From Candidatus Altiarchaeota archaeon (GTDB lineage: Archaea; Altiarchaeota; Altiarchaeia; IMC4; SCGC-AAA252-I15): a DNA stretch of 64,000 bases. The translations under genes were made by a program, and so were the position numbers. The stretch is taken from contig JAZDNF010000001.1 in assembly GCA_043800255.1 (NCBI GenBank), forward strand, positions 192,001 through 256,000, read 5' to 3'. Positions 48,935 through 58,725 of the stretch are shown in pieces (the stretch's first letter is position 1; every line of letters begins with the position of its first letter). The notes below the pieces were generated by a model. It was not told where the DNA came from. It worked only from the letters and a program-made list of their open reading frames with translations, and did no database searches.

Positions 48935-49396
48935 CTATCCTAAATCCTTTCTGTACCTGACAATCCTCCTCGAGATCGGGAGCAGATTGTGCAATCTCTT
49001 GCCCTCTGCCAGCCCCACGCCGACGAAAAGGCCCTCTGATTTAATTATGACTATGCCCTCGCCCTGCTCACAGGAGATGCTGTCAGCGCCGTTAAAGAGT
49101 TCCAGAGCCTGAGGCCTGCTGACTTCTATAACCTGTTTTGCGGCGGTCTCGCCGATAAGCTGTGCGCCCTCGATTGTCGGCACAATCCCCCGCTCGTCTA
49201 CTGTGACAAAGTGGAGGCCGACCCACTCAGCCCGCACTTCAGGGAGGCTGCTGCCAGAGTAGAGGAATATCCTGTCAATGTTCCTCTTCTTCCTGTGCAC
49301 GAGCACCCTATCCTCAGTAGAGAAGCTGCTCCCGAAGAAACTGTTAACGTCGTCCAAGACCCTTTGCCTCTCCTTTCCAACGCGTTCAATCCTCAT
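48935..49396 (-). CDS. PUA/NIP7-like RNA-binding protein (RsmF C-terminal-like)
   Basis: GL.F......PTIEGAQLIG..A.K.VIEV...A..LFNG.D; overlaps the m5C methyltransferase gene. Confidence 0.8.
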   Translation of the reverse strand: MRIERVGKERQRVLDDVNSFFGSSFSTEDRVLVHRKKRNIDRIFLYSGSSLPEVRAEWVGLHFVTVDERGIVPTIEGAQLIGETAAKQVIEVSRPQALELFNGADSISCEQGEGIVIIKSEGLFVGVGLAEGKRLHNLLPISRRIVRYRKDLG

Positions 49397-50285
49397 CCTT
49401 CACCACCTTCGCGATAAAGTATGAGTCGGCATCATTGTGCTGCGGCAGAATCCTGATACAGTCTCTGGCTTTCTCGGTCAGACCTGCCATGAACTCCAGT
49501 CCGGGCGGAGACTCCCTCACAAGATGCGCATCATCATATTTTAAGAGCAGATGCTCTATCACCTGCTCATTCTCCTCCAAAGAAGTCGTGCACGTCGAAT
49601 AGACGAGCGATCCGCCCGGCTTAAGCATGCTGTAGGCGTCAACTATCATCCTCTTCTGGAGGCTGCTGAGACGCTTCACCCTCTCCAGGCTCCAGCGCCT
49701 CAAGGCGTCAGGATTCTTCCTCACGGTCCCAACGTCGCTGCAGGGCGCGTCCAACAGTATCCGGTCAAACTCCTGGCCCAGGCTGCTGTAGCGGCAGCCA
49801 TCGCTTTTGGTGACTATCGCATTACGGACGCCGCAACGCTGGAGGTTGTAGACTAGAGCCCGGATTCGCGAGAAGTTAGGCTCGTTGGCTACCAGCAGAC
49901 CGCGGTTCTTCATCAGAGCAGCCAGGTGTGTGGTCTTGCTGCCAGGTGCTGCGCACAGGTCCAGAACGCGGTCCCCATCCGCAGGGCTGAGGACTACCGG
50001 AGGCACCATCGACATCGGCGTCTGGATGTAGTAGAAGCCGAGCTGATGTTCCATGGTATTGAGGCCGCCCTCTCCAACCCAGAGGCAGTCATCGCACCAT
50101 TGCATGCCGGCATATTCTATCCTATGCTCCTTGAGAGCCTTCTTCACGAAGCTCATCTCGCATTTGAGGGTGTTCACCCTCAAAGACCATCTGTTGTAAT
50201 GCATCTGGATGTGACTGATGAAGCTATCGTACTCCCTCCCCAGCAGCCTCTCATGGTATCTGAGAAACTCATCAGGCAATCTCAT
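49386..50285 (-). CDS. RsmB/NOL1/NOP2 family RNA m5C methyltransferase
   Basis: LRVNTLK, DLCAAPGSKT, ILLDAPCS, VYSTCT...EENE. Confidence 0.95.
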   Translation of the reverse strand: MRLPDEFLRYHERLLGREYDSFISHIQMHYNRWSLRVNTLKCEMSFVKKALKEHRIEYAGMQWCDDCLWVGEGGLNTMEHQLGFYYIQTPMSMVPPVVLSPADGDRVLDLCAAPGSKTTHLAALMKNRGLLVANEPNFSRIRALVYNLQRCGVRNAIVTKSDGCRYSSLGQEFDRILLDAPCSDVGTVRKNPDALRRWSLERVKRLSSLQKRMIVDAYSMLKPGGSLVYSTCTTSLEENEQVIEHLLLKYDDAHLVRESPPGLEFMAGLTEKARDCIRILPQHNDADSYFIAKVVKDED

Positions 50286-50527
50286 GGAGCATCCCACCTG
50301 AACCCACAATCATGAACCACGGCAAGATCCTTCTCGCACCTTGGGAACTTCCTGCACTGGAGCGGTCTTATAACATATACTCTGCACTTCTCCCTGCCGG
50401 AGAGGAACAAACATCTTATGGGAAGCTTACAGCATGCTGCGCCGCAGGCTTCTGGCGTGCACTCTCCTCTCCGGTTAGCCTGCACTGGCAGAAACGACTC
50501 TAAAAGGCGCCTGATTTTTTCAAGCAT
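50282..50527 (-). CDS. YkgJ-like Cys-cluster protein
   Basis: C...CGAACC, C.FL....C.VY..RP.QCR.FP. Confidence 0.75.
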   Translation of the reverse strand: MLEKIRRLLESFLPVQANRRGECTPEACGAACCKLPIRCLFLSGREKCRVYVIRPLQCRKFPRCEKDLAVVHDCGFRWDAP

Positions 50528-50554
50528 AAATAACTTTGTGCAAAATGTCTTATA

Positions 50555-51184
50555 ATGAGGATGCCTTTTGTCACCGAGGGCCTGATAGTCGGCGTAGGGC
50601 TGATACTGACCGGGAGCGCGCTGTATGCCTACGATAAAATGTCAATAATGCTTATCGCGGCTGGCGCCTTCACATTGTACTTCTTCAGGGATCCTGAGCG
50701 TACCGTCCCATCCGGGGAGGATGCTATCGTCTCCCCAGCTGATGGAACGATTGACAGAGTTCAGAACCTAATTGAGCCGTCTTTTGTCGGCTCCAAAGGG
50801 AAGATGATAAGCATAGTGCTCTCGCCGTTCGACGTCCACGTGAACAGGATGCCGGTCGACGGCACTGTGAAAAAAATAGAAAGGGAGAGCGGCTCCAAGC
50901 TGCCGGCAAAATGGGACAAAGCTTTCGACCATAACGAGCGGAACCATATAATGATTCAGGGTGGCATCCCCGTAGTAGTGACCCAGATAACCGGAATATT
51001 CGCCCGCAGGATAGTCTGCTGGGTCCGTGAGGGCGACCGATTAAAGCGGGGGCAGCGGCTTGGCATGATACGATTCGGCTCGAGGACTAACATAGTTTTG
51101 CCTGAGAACGTGAAAGTCTCGGTGAGAAGAGGCGACAGGGTGAGGGGGGGCGAGACTATAATAGCAAGAATCATAAAATCATAA
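50555..51184 (+). CDS. psd: phosphatidylserine (archaetidylserine) decarboxylase proenzyme
   Basis: FFRDP.R, SPADG, DVHVNR.P, NERN, GMIRFGSR self-cleavage site. Confidence 0.93.
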   Translation: MRMPFVTEGLIVGVGLILTGSALYAYDKMSIMLIAAGAFTLYFFRDPERTVPSGEDAIVSPADGTIDRVQNLIEPSFVGSKGKMISIVLSPFDVHVNRMPVDGTVKKIERESGSKLPAKWDKAFDHNERNHIMIQGGIPVVVTQITGIFARRIVCWVREGDRLKRGQRLGMIRFGSRTNIVLPENVKVSVRRGDRVRGGETIIARIIKS

Positions 51185-51188
51185 GAAG

Positions 51189-51863
51189 ATGAAACCCAAG
51201 AACATCCTCATGCAGATACCTGACCTCCTGACGCTGCTCAACCTGCTCATGGGATTCACAGCAATAGTGTTCATCCTCCAATCAGACCCAACTAAGGCGG
51301 CGTTGTCCATACTGCTGGCGGTGCTGCTGGACATATCAGACGGATTCTTCTCCCGCAGACTGAATACGAGCAGCAAATTCGGCCTGGAATTGGATTCATT
51401 AGCGGACATGGCGTCATTCGGAATAGCGCCTGGCATAATAGCGTACACAGTATTCCTGAAGTCTTCCGGCGGTGTCATGCTGTCAGCACTCATCCCCCTT
51501 TGCAGTGCAATACGCCTCGCAAGGTATAATATAATAGACGACAAGAATTCGTTCACAGGCCTTCCGACCCCCGCGATGGGAGGGTTCATAGCCTCGCTGG
51601 TTTTGACAGGCATTACCGTCCAAACCTACCATGTCGCAATATGGGTTGTGCTCCTGTGCGCTCTCATGGTGAGCGAGATCCCATTCCACAGGTACAGGCG
51701 ACTCCCGACCAAGAGATTTTCGAAACCCCTCCTGCTGCTTCTATTGAGCCTGATACCCCCCTTCTTCGACATCAGGCTCATCATCGTGCCATTCCTCACG
51801 TATATCATCCTCGGAGTGGTTACTCATTTCTGGAGGATTGCGCAGACCAGGAGCAAATCCTGA
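51189..51863 (+). CDS. pssA: CDP-alcohol phosphatidyltransferase, phosphatidylserine (archaetidylserine) synthase
   Basis: D..DG..SR......FG..LDSLAD..SFG.AP, RLARYN, F.GLPTP. Confidence 0.92.
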   Translation: MKPKNILMQIPDLLTLLNLLMGFTAIVFILQSDPTKAALSILLAVLLDISDGFFSRRLNTSSKFGLELDSLADMASFGIAPGIIAYTVFLKSSGGVMLSALIPLCSAIRLARYNIIDDKNSFTGLPTPAMGGFIASLVLTGITVQTYHVAIWVVLLCALMVSEIPFHRYRRLPTKRFSKPLLLLLLSLIPPFFDIRLIIVPFLTYIILGVVTHFWRIAQTRSKS

Positions 51864-51879
51864 AAGACAATACCCCAGC

Positions 51880-53688
51880 TCAGTCCAGTGGTATGCTTAT
51901 AAGATTCCAGCCGAGGGTGAGGGCTACTCCAACGGTTGACGAGAGGCTCTCTCCCCCTATCGTGTAAGTACTGAAGTGGCTCACATTCGCCCACACGAAA
52001 TCGCCAGAGGCGTTCACATCGGTAGCATACACCCACGCCATAGAAGACGCGTTCAACCTCTGCCAATCTGAGAGACTAGTGTTAAACCAGTACATTGCCA
52101 GCGTCGACTCGTTCAGATTGCTGGCGTTCAGCTCCTCAGCAGTATAGTACATCTGAATGACAGTCGAATTCAGATTCTCCGCGAGAGACTGGCTCACAGT
52201 GATTTCCAAGTACCTGCCTAAGGAAGGTACAACGAAGGAAGAATTCGTCGGATTCCCAGAATACGAAGTAACGTTCACATCAGCATCGACTAGGGTAGTA
52301 TTCGTCACAATAACCAACGTAGCATTCACAGTCGATGCGTTAATAACGGTAGTATTAAAGGCGGTAAAATTCTCAGTCCAATTATAATTGATAACCTCAA
52401 TAGTCGACGTGGAAGTAGACGAAGAAGTTGTGGAAGTCGACGTTGAAGTTGTGGACGTGGAACTTGAAGTAGACGTTGACGTGGACGTTGAAGTGCTGAT
52501 ACTGGTTGTTGTAGACGTGCTGGTAGATGTCGTTGATGTCGACGTGGTAGGTGTTACAGAAATCCTATGATAGTACAGTCCAGACCCCCGCGTCCAAGCG
52601 ATTGGTACATAATCTGAACTCGCATTAACCTTTTTTGGAAAAACAGGATAACGGCAATCACCACTATTGTCCACTATCACCCTATCTCCCCAAGACGTTG
52701 TATTCGAGCTGAAACGCCTGTAAGTCAGGGCATTAAACCCCGAATCCTGTCTCAAATATGCTGCGAAAACATCAGACCCGTAGGACGTAATGCTAACCAG
52801 TCCGGCATCGCTCACGTCATCGACCGTCACCGGCGCCGACCAATTCGAATCCGATTTCTTCTTGTAAGCATGGCGCAGCCTATCCTCTCCAGTATCCTCC
52901 CAGTACACGACATGAACGTTCCCATCATCAGTTTGGGTGACAGAGAAAACGCGGGTCAGCCAATTCGATGTCTCCAAACCCAGCTCAAAATCGGCATCCT
53001 CCACAAACGTCGAGCCATTCCAACCATAAAAGGAAAGGCTGTTCTCTCCTGCTGTAAGCTCCCATATGAGGGCATAGGGTGTGTTATCAATCACAATGGC
53101 TCCGACCCTGTTGTTGGCGTTAATCCCGGATGCTAGAACATCATAAGTCCAGGCATTCCCGTTATCGGCAGACAGATCATAGTACATGTTTGAGTTGCTA
53201 TTCTCTCTCGTGAAAATCCACACGTTGCCTCCATGAGCCAAGACGGCAGCATCCGTGGTTGATGTGGAAAAATGGGCGAATGCATCATCATAAGCTGGGT
53301 CATAATCGCCTGCCTGAGTTGCGGACGAGTTTATCCTCTTGTAGGAATGCGCCCCGCCGGTTCCGCGCTGGCCAGTGTGTATGTTACCGTAAGCGTCTAT
53401 GTCAAAGGAGTCGTGGTCGCCGACGTTGTAAAATCCTATGGCAGTCCAATTATCGCCTCCATCGCTACTATAATGTGCGTCAGGGTCTGTTCCGGCATGG
53501 AATATCCACAGCTTATCATTCTCGTCTGCGGACATCAGCATCTTCCTCCTCGGAATCCCGAGCAACGAATCCTGGCCCATGCCTGAAGATGTCACAGTTA
53601 CTATCTCCTGTGCGGGAATGTAGTTACTAGAAACTATCAGGAACAGGACTATCAGAATCAATGTGACTCTAAATTTTCCCCCTACCAT
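51880..53688 (-). CDS. secreted BNR/Asp-box propeller protein with Ser/Thr linker and C-terminal GWNL motif
   Basis: S.DGG.NW and S.DNG..W Asp-boxes; Ser/Thr tract; PGF-pre-PGF-like domain (VWANVSHFSTY); ends LTLGWNLISIPLD. Confidence 0.85.
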   Translation of the reverse strand: MVGGKFRVTLILIVLFLIVSSNYIPAQEIVTVTSSGMGQDSLLGIPRRKMLMSADENDKLWIFHAGTDPDAHYSSDGGDNWTAIGFYNVGDHDSFDIDAYGNIHTGQRGTGGAHSYKRINSSATQAGDYDPAYDDAFAHFSTSTTDAAVLAHGGNVWIFTRENSNSNMYYDLSADNGNAWTYDVLASGINANNRVGAIVIDNTPYALIWELTAGENSLSFYGWNGSTFVEDADFELGLETSNWLTRVFSVTQTDDGNVHVVYWEDTGEDRLRHAYKKKSDSNWSAPVTVDDVSDAGLVSITSYGSDVFAAYLRQDSGFNALTYRRFSSNTTSWGDRVIVDNSGDCRYPVFPKKVNASSDYVPIAWTRGSGLYYHRISVTPTTSTSTTSTSTSTTTSISTSTSTSTSTSSSTSTTSTSTSTTSSSTSTSTIEVINYNWTENFTAFNTTVINASTVNATLVIVTNTTLVDADVNVTSYSGNPTNSSFVVPSLGRYLEITVSQSLAENLNSTVIQMYYTAEELNASNLNESTLAMYWFNTSLSDWQRLNASSMAWVYATDVNASGDFVWANVSHFSTYTIGGESLSSTVGVALTLGWNLISIPLD

Positions 53689-53766
53689 ATTAACAATAAA
53701 CTCCTCAACTTAAAGACAAACCCCCGCACCAACCTGCGCCAGATGCCAACAGTATATCCTATGGGA

Positions 53767-55218
53767 TCAGCCTAGCGGGATTGATATGAGATTCCAGCCG
53801 AGGAAGACGGTGAATGCGTAGTTTGTTGATTCAGGCAGGATCGTGATCTGAGTCGACATCGAACTTGATGATGCGTTGCCGAGGCTGTCATAGGCTGAGA
53901 CGTTCACGATGTTGGCGACGGTCTGTGCGGAGGCGATGGACGAAAAGTTGACGTAGACCAGATAGGAGCTGCCTGATGTGAGGTTCATGGAGGCGTTAAC
54001 CCAGCTGACGAGCCTGTTCGAGTAGTTGATTGATGTGGGAGTCACGGAAGCGGAAGTGTAGTTCAAGTCGACGTCATAGTTGTCGGCTATGCTCAAGTTG
54101 GTGATGTTCGAGGAGCCGATGTTGGTGACGTTTATGAGGAACCGCGTTATGTTGCCCACTATGACTGCTTCCTCGTTCAAGAGGGTCTTGTTCACCGTGA
54201 ACTGACAGCTGTTCGCGGCTGAAACCGTTAGAAGCTCGGTGTTCCAGTCCTGGAAGGCGCCTGAGCTGTTGTACAGTGTGAAGTTCAGGATGTGGTCGCC
54301 TACGGAAAGGCCGCTCGTGTTAAAGCTTATGTTCAAGACGACCGTCGTCGGAGCGGAGGTGACGTTCTCCGTATGATTCCACCTATTGACGCCGTCCGCA
54401 AGTATCAGGATGTTGAAACTGTCGTTGTAGCCTGACGTCAGCGGAACATGCGCGTAGACTAGGGAGCCAGCTTCAACCTGGCTGTCGCTCAGGTTGATGA
54501 CGCCCAACCCTGCTGTTGTGCCGTTTCCATCAGATGATGAGGCGATGTTCAGATCGGCCCATTCGTCCCAGCGGGAGGTGTTGGCGTCGACCGTGTTCTG
54601 CGGGTAGCGGTAGTTGTCGGCGTCGACTCCGTCGTATGTCTCGATCCTGAAGCCTATGGCGCTGCCCAATGCGACTGCCATGTCCCTGGCTTCGGAGGAG
54701 TTCAACGGCTTAGAGAACTCGTAAACGTACTGCCCTGAGGAGTAGCTGCTCGAGCCGTTCCCATGGGAGGTTCCATTACCATCTCCCACGTCGCGCACCC
54801 ACCAGTCAGTGGGTGCGGAAGTTCCCCAGTAATCGTCGCCGTATTCACTGAAATAGTATCCGAATTCTGCGGCGTCCTCGCCGCCCAACGTCGCAGTGTG
54901 ATCGTGCCCGTTGTCGAACATGAACACTGCATAGTCGGTTCCAACCTGCTGTGCGCTATCGTCTATGACAGCGGCCATGAACAGGTGAGTGTTGTTGTTC
55001 ATTATGTACAACTCTCCGCTTATTGTGTTCGCAGGTGTTGTGAAGCCGTTGAGGGTTATGTTCATGCCGTTAGACCACTCTCCCGCGCCCAGGCTGCCGT
55101 CGATGGTGGGCGGGCTGGTCGTGTAAGACGAGTTAAGGAGAGCAACTGCGCTCACATCAGGCATGGTCGCATAAACGAAGACTAACACGACGATCAATGA
55201 GGGTATCCTGCTTTCCAT
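53767..55218 (-). CDS. secreted DOMON/CBM9-like plus DUF11-like protein with C-terminal GWNL motif
   Basis: PTIDG.L..GEW, YVYEFSKPL; KT...G....F.INVTN.G...I.NL.I.D; ends VFLGWNLISIPLG. Confidence 0.82.
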   Translation of the reverse strand: MESRIPSLIVVLVFVYATMPDVSAVALLNSSYTTSPPTIDGSLGAGEWSNGMNITLNGFTTPANTISGELYIMNNNTHLFMAAVIDDSAQQVGTDYAVFMFDNGHDHTATLGGEDAAEFGYYFSEYGDDYWGTSAPTDWWVRDVGDGNGTSHGNGSSSYSSGQYVYEFSKPLNSSEARDMAVALGSAIGFRIETYDGVDADNYRYPQNTVDANTSRWDEWADLNIASSSDGNGTTAGLGVINLSDSQVEAGSLVYAHVPLTSGYNDSFNILILADGVNRWNHTENVTSAPTTVVLNISFNTSGLSVGDHILNFTLYNSSGAFQDWNTELLTVSAANSCQFTVNKTLLNEEAVIVGNITRFLINVTNIGSSNITNLSIADNYDVDLNYTSASVTPTSINYSNRLVSWVNASMNLTSGSSYLVYVNFSSIASAQTVANIVNVSAYDSLGNASSSSMSTQITILPESTNYAFTVFLGWNLISIPLG

Positions 55219-55259
55219 ATCCGCTTAAAGATTACTCCCACTTTAAAAAAACAGGCGAG

Positions 55260-56003
55260 CTAGTAATCGGAGTGCACGTATATTGTGGCGTATTTCACGT
55301 CTTTCACCTGGTCGTAGGAGTTGCCGAGGACGTTGAATACTGTGATGTTGTCGATGTTTGGCTTCTTCCTCTCAGCCATCACGACTTCTACCTTTCTTGT
55401 CTGGTTGGTTGGGTCGAGCACTTCAAGCAGTATCGACTCATTGGACACTTCATCAACCCTGAAATAGTACCCTCTGAACTCTGCCACATTCCCGAGGAAG
55501 GGCTCGCCGAAATCGTACGACGATACCAGCAGGACGTCAAAGTACTTCGGCAGCTTGTTGTCCGTCAGCCAGCAGCCTAAGTCGTCAAAGCACCTGTAGT
55601 CCGGGTTGGTGCAGCCGCCAAGTCTCTCGCTTGCTGACTTGAAGATGCACTTGCCTGCCGGGCAGGTCGGCCTGTACTTTGTCACCATGATCCTATAAGA
55701 GTCGCAGAACATCTTCCCATAGTATTCGACACCGCAGTCTGAGTTTAGCGTGCACAGGTACGGTATCTGATTGTAGTCTGAAGTTATTCTTCGTTCGTCG
55801 GTTATGGGTATGGTCGTCTGCTCTCGGACTGTTGTGGTCTGCACGGTGGTTGACGTGGACGTCGAAGTTGAGGACGAAGTCGTGGTAACATCATCCGTGC
55901 CCAGGCTGAGGCGTTCCATGGCCCAGCCTCTGAAGTCTGAGGATACTATGGCCAGGAGCAGGATGGCTGAACACAGAAGGGCCAAGACTACACTATAGTT
56001 CAT
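55260..56003 (-). CDS. N-anchored Cys-rich surface protein with Thr linker
   Basis: N-terminal TM, Thr/Ser tract, C..NSDCG...YG...C module. Confidence 0.75.
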   Translation of the reverse strand: MNYSVVLALLCSAILLLAIVSSDFRGWAMERLSLGTDDVTTTSSSTSTSTSTTVQTTTVREQTTIPITDERRITSDYNQIPYLCTLNSDCGVEYYGKMFCDSYRIMVTKYRPTCPAGKCIFKSASERLGGCTNPDYRCFDDLGCWLTDNKLPKYFDVLLVSSYDFGEPFLGNVAEFRGYYFRVDEVSNESILLEVLDPTNQTRKVEVVMAERKKPNIDNITVFNVLGNSYDQVKDVKYATIYVHSDY

Positions 56004-56099
56004 ATCAGTAAAATATCACTCTCTAGCGTTAAAAGCCGTCCACTCAGGTGCGCTTGGGTTCCTTGGGTTTTAAATATTAGATTAGTATATTCTACTCAT

Positions 56100-56756
56100 A
56101 TGGAAGGAAAATTGCCGTTACCGTTCAGTCTGCTGAGAACGCACAGGGATGACATCCAGACCATAGCATACGCCATAACTGCGATAGCCGCTGTTGCCGG
56201 ACTCATATCAATAGCAGACCAGATGCATCTGCAGACTAAGGCCATAAACTTGCAGACTGAGGCCATTAACCTGCAGAACGAGCAGCTGAAGCTTCAGGTC
56301 GATGCGCTAGGGGCCCAGAACGAGCAGCTGAAATTCCAAAGGGAGGCGCTTCAGGTGCAGATAAACATGAACAAGCCGATACTCACGCAGAACATGTACT
56401 GTCCGCCGCTGTGGCCGAACACCGTCAACCATGCGGACTACACAGTGTACAACATAGGCCGCTCTTCCGGGATATACAAGATACAGTTCCAGGCGAAGGA
56501 TTTACTGCTGAGGGCGCTGAACTTCAGCTGCTACGAGTTCTCCAACGTCTGCACGACAAGGGCCGAGTACGCGATATCGGCGAGCGACAAGGAAACCTAC
56601 ATACTAGACCTTCGAGTGGATGGGAACGTTGAGAAACCTGAGTTCAGCGTGACACTGGAGTGCATGTCCGAGGACTGCCTGGATGAGCCTCCGAAATCCT
56701 GGGAGTGCAAGTACGCGTACAATACTAAGTCAAAAGTCTACGAGGCTGTGCTCTGA
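56100..56756 (+). CDS. membrane-anchored protein with heptad-repeat stalk and Cys-containing Ig-like head
   Basis: TM, LQT.AIN/LQNEQLK heptads from 21-nt DNA repeats, beta-rich C-terminus. Confidence 0.75.
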   Translation: MEGKLPLPFSLLRTHRDDIQTIAYAITAIAAVAGLISIADQMHLQTKAINLQTEAINLQNEQLKLQVDALGAQNEQLKFQREALQVQINMNKPILTQNMYCPPLWPNTVNHADYTVYNIGRSSGIYKIQFQAKDLLLRALNFSCYEFSNVCTTRAEYAISASDKETYILDLRVDGNVEKPEFSVTLECMSEDCLDEPPKSWECKYAYNTKSKVYEAVL

Positions 56757-56929
56757 CCTCTTTATGAGTGGACAGGTTGCGCTCTCTGCTTGCTCCAGTC
56801 TTTTATTTTGTCATTTAGACATCGAGTTTAGCCTCCGTTAGCCTGATTATTGAGTATAAATACTTGTGCGTAAAATTTGGTTAATCAGAACCCCGTTTAG
56901 GGGTCATTTGAAGCGGAGGTTGATCTGAC

Positions 56930-58012
56930 TTGAAAGCACTTGTGCAGGATGCACTTGAAAGGAATAGATATATGGGCATGGACGAATTTGATGAGTCCAA
57001 TGAGATACGCATTGTTGTTCTCGGAGCCGGAGGCGGCGGCGGGAACACGATAAACCGACTTAGTAAGATACAGGTCACCGGGGCCGAGCTAGCTGCGGTT
57101 AACACGGACGCTCAGGACCTGAAAAAACTTGACGAGAATATAACAAAAATTCTCATCGGCTCGAAGCTGACGAGGGGACTCGGTGCTGGAGGATTCCCTG
57201 AGATAGGGATGAAGGCTGCTGAGGCTAGCAAGAAAGAACTGCTCGATTACCTAACCGGCGCTCATCTGATATTCCTTTGCGCCGGAATGGGAGGCGGAAC
57301 AGGAACAGGCTCTGCGCCGGTTCTTGCGGAAATAGGAAAGGAGGCCGGAGCGATAGTGGTGTCCATCGTGACCTTCCCGTTCAAGCTTGAGCGCTCGAGA
57401 GCCGAGAAGGCGAGGGAGGGCATAAGCAGGCTCAGGAAGGCTGCTGACACGGTCATCGTAATAGACAATAACAAGCTTGTCGACTACGTTCCGAACCTGC
57501 CGATAGACCGGGCATTCCTCGTCGCCGACGAAGTCGTAACAAGGGCTGTCAAGGGTATAACAGAGACTATAAAGGCGCCATCGTTGATTAACCTGGACTT
57601 CGCTGACATAAAATCCATATTATGCGGAGGCAAAGTCTCCGTAATATGCGTCGGAGAAGGTTCAGGGCCTGATAAGGTGGAGGCTGCCGTCAAGAACACA
57701 TTAGAGCATCCGCTGCTTGACGTGGACTACCGAGGAGCCAAGGGAGGCCTCATCCACATAACAGGCGGCCCGGACATGACGATAGGTGATGCGAACAGGA
57801 TAGGCGAGCTGATAACCAACGAGTTCGACCCGAATGCCAACGTTATGTGGGGTGCGAGAGTCGACCCGCGCCTGCAAGACACATACGAGATCATAAGCAT
57901 CGCTACAGGAGTGAAATCGCAGAACCTGCTCGGACCATACGACAGAGAAAGGCTTGATGAACCCTATCTTTACACTCCAGAGTACTGTGAGCTGAAGATA
58001 AGGGACATATAA
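56930..58012 (+). CDS. ftsZ: cell division protein FtsZ (FtsZ2-like N-terminus)
   Basis: [36 protein letters not shown]; TTG start after GGAGG. Confidence 0.97.
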   Translation: MKALVQDALERNRYMGMDEFDESNEIRIVVLGAGGGGGNTINRLSKIQVTGAELAAVNTDAQDLKKLDENITKILIGSKLTRGLGAGGFPEIGMKAAEASKKELLDYLTGAHLIFLCAGMGGGTGTGSAPVLAEIGKEAGAIVVSIVTFPFKLERSRAEKAREGISRLRKAADTVIVIDNNKLVDYVPNLPIDRAFLVADEVVTRAVKGITETIKAPSLINLDFADIKSILCGGKVSVICVGEGSGPDKVEAAVKNTLEHPLLDVDYRGAKGGLIHITGGPDMTIGDANRIGELITNEFDPNANVMWGARVDPRLQDTYEIISIATGVKSQNLLGPYDRERLDEPYLYTPEYCELKIRDI

Positions 58013-58036
58013 TCCATCCAGAGGAGAGGTGCTAAA

Positions 58037-58339
58037 ATGGCGAAAAGACTTTCGGAGTGTTATGGTCTGGAAATATATTCCATCAAAGGCGAGCATGTCG
58101 GCAGAGTCGAGGACATAATCCTGAACCTGGACAGGGGCGCTATAATGAGCCTATGCCTCAAGCCGTTCAAGCAGCTGACAGGCGACTCCAGCGAGATCAA
58201 AAGGCTGCTGAAGGAGGAGAATATCAGTTACGACCAGGTGAACTCCATAGGTGACATAGTCCTGATTAACAGCAAACCTACCCGGCAGATCAGGCTTCCG
58301 TCCGAGTCGAGAAAACTATCCAGGGATGATGACCTATGA
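58037..58339 (+). CDS. PRC-barrel protein (CdpB-like)
   Basis: LSE.YG.EIYS.KG.HVG.VEDIIL, I.Y..V.SIGDIVLI; lies between ftsZ and sepF. Confidence 0.85.
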   Translation: MAKRLSECYGLEIYSIKGEHVGRVEDIILNLDRGAIMSLCLKPFKQLTGDSSEIKRLLKEENISYDQVNSIGDIVLINSKPTRQIRLPSESRKLSRDDDL

Positions 58340-58725
58340 AAGATTGGATCTCTTTTCCCTGGGGGAAGCCAAAGGCCGAGGAGAAGCCGTTCGACGTGGA
58401 CGAGTACCTGAAGAGGCTTAACGTAACCGAGAGCGGTTTCATCGAAGACGATAGCATAAAGTATGTGAAACCGGTCAAACTCTCTCAGCCGGGCTCATAT
58501 GATAAAGTCCTGAAAGAGTTGAGCAAGGGGAACATCGTAGTCCTGGATGTCGGGGACATGATGAAGGAGGATACCCTCCAGGCGAGAGAGCAGATCACAA
58601 TGATAAAAGAGCATTGCGACGCTGTCGGCGGCGAAGTCGGCAAAGTGTCGAGGAACAAGATTCTCCTCTTGCCAAACGGAATCAGAATAGCCTGGGACAA
58701 TGCTGGAAGGGCCGAAGATGGATGA
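58336..58725 (+). CDS. sepF: archaeal cell division protein SepF
   Basis: N-terminal aromatic/amphipathic segment; EL.KGNIVVLD; GGEVGKV...KILLLP.GI.I. Confidence 0.88.
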   Translation: MKDWISFPWGKPKAEEKPFDVDEYLKRLNVTESGFIEDDSIKYVKPVKLSQPGSYDKVLKELSKGNIVVLDVGDMMKEDTLQAREQITMIKEHCDAVGGEVGKVSRNKILLLPNGIRIAWDNAGRAEDG

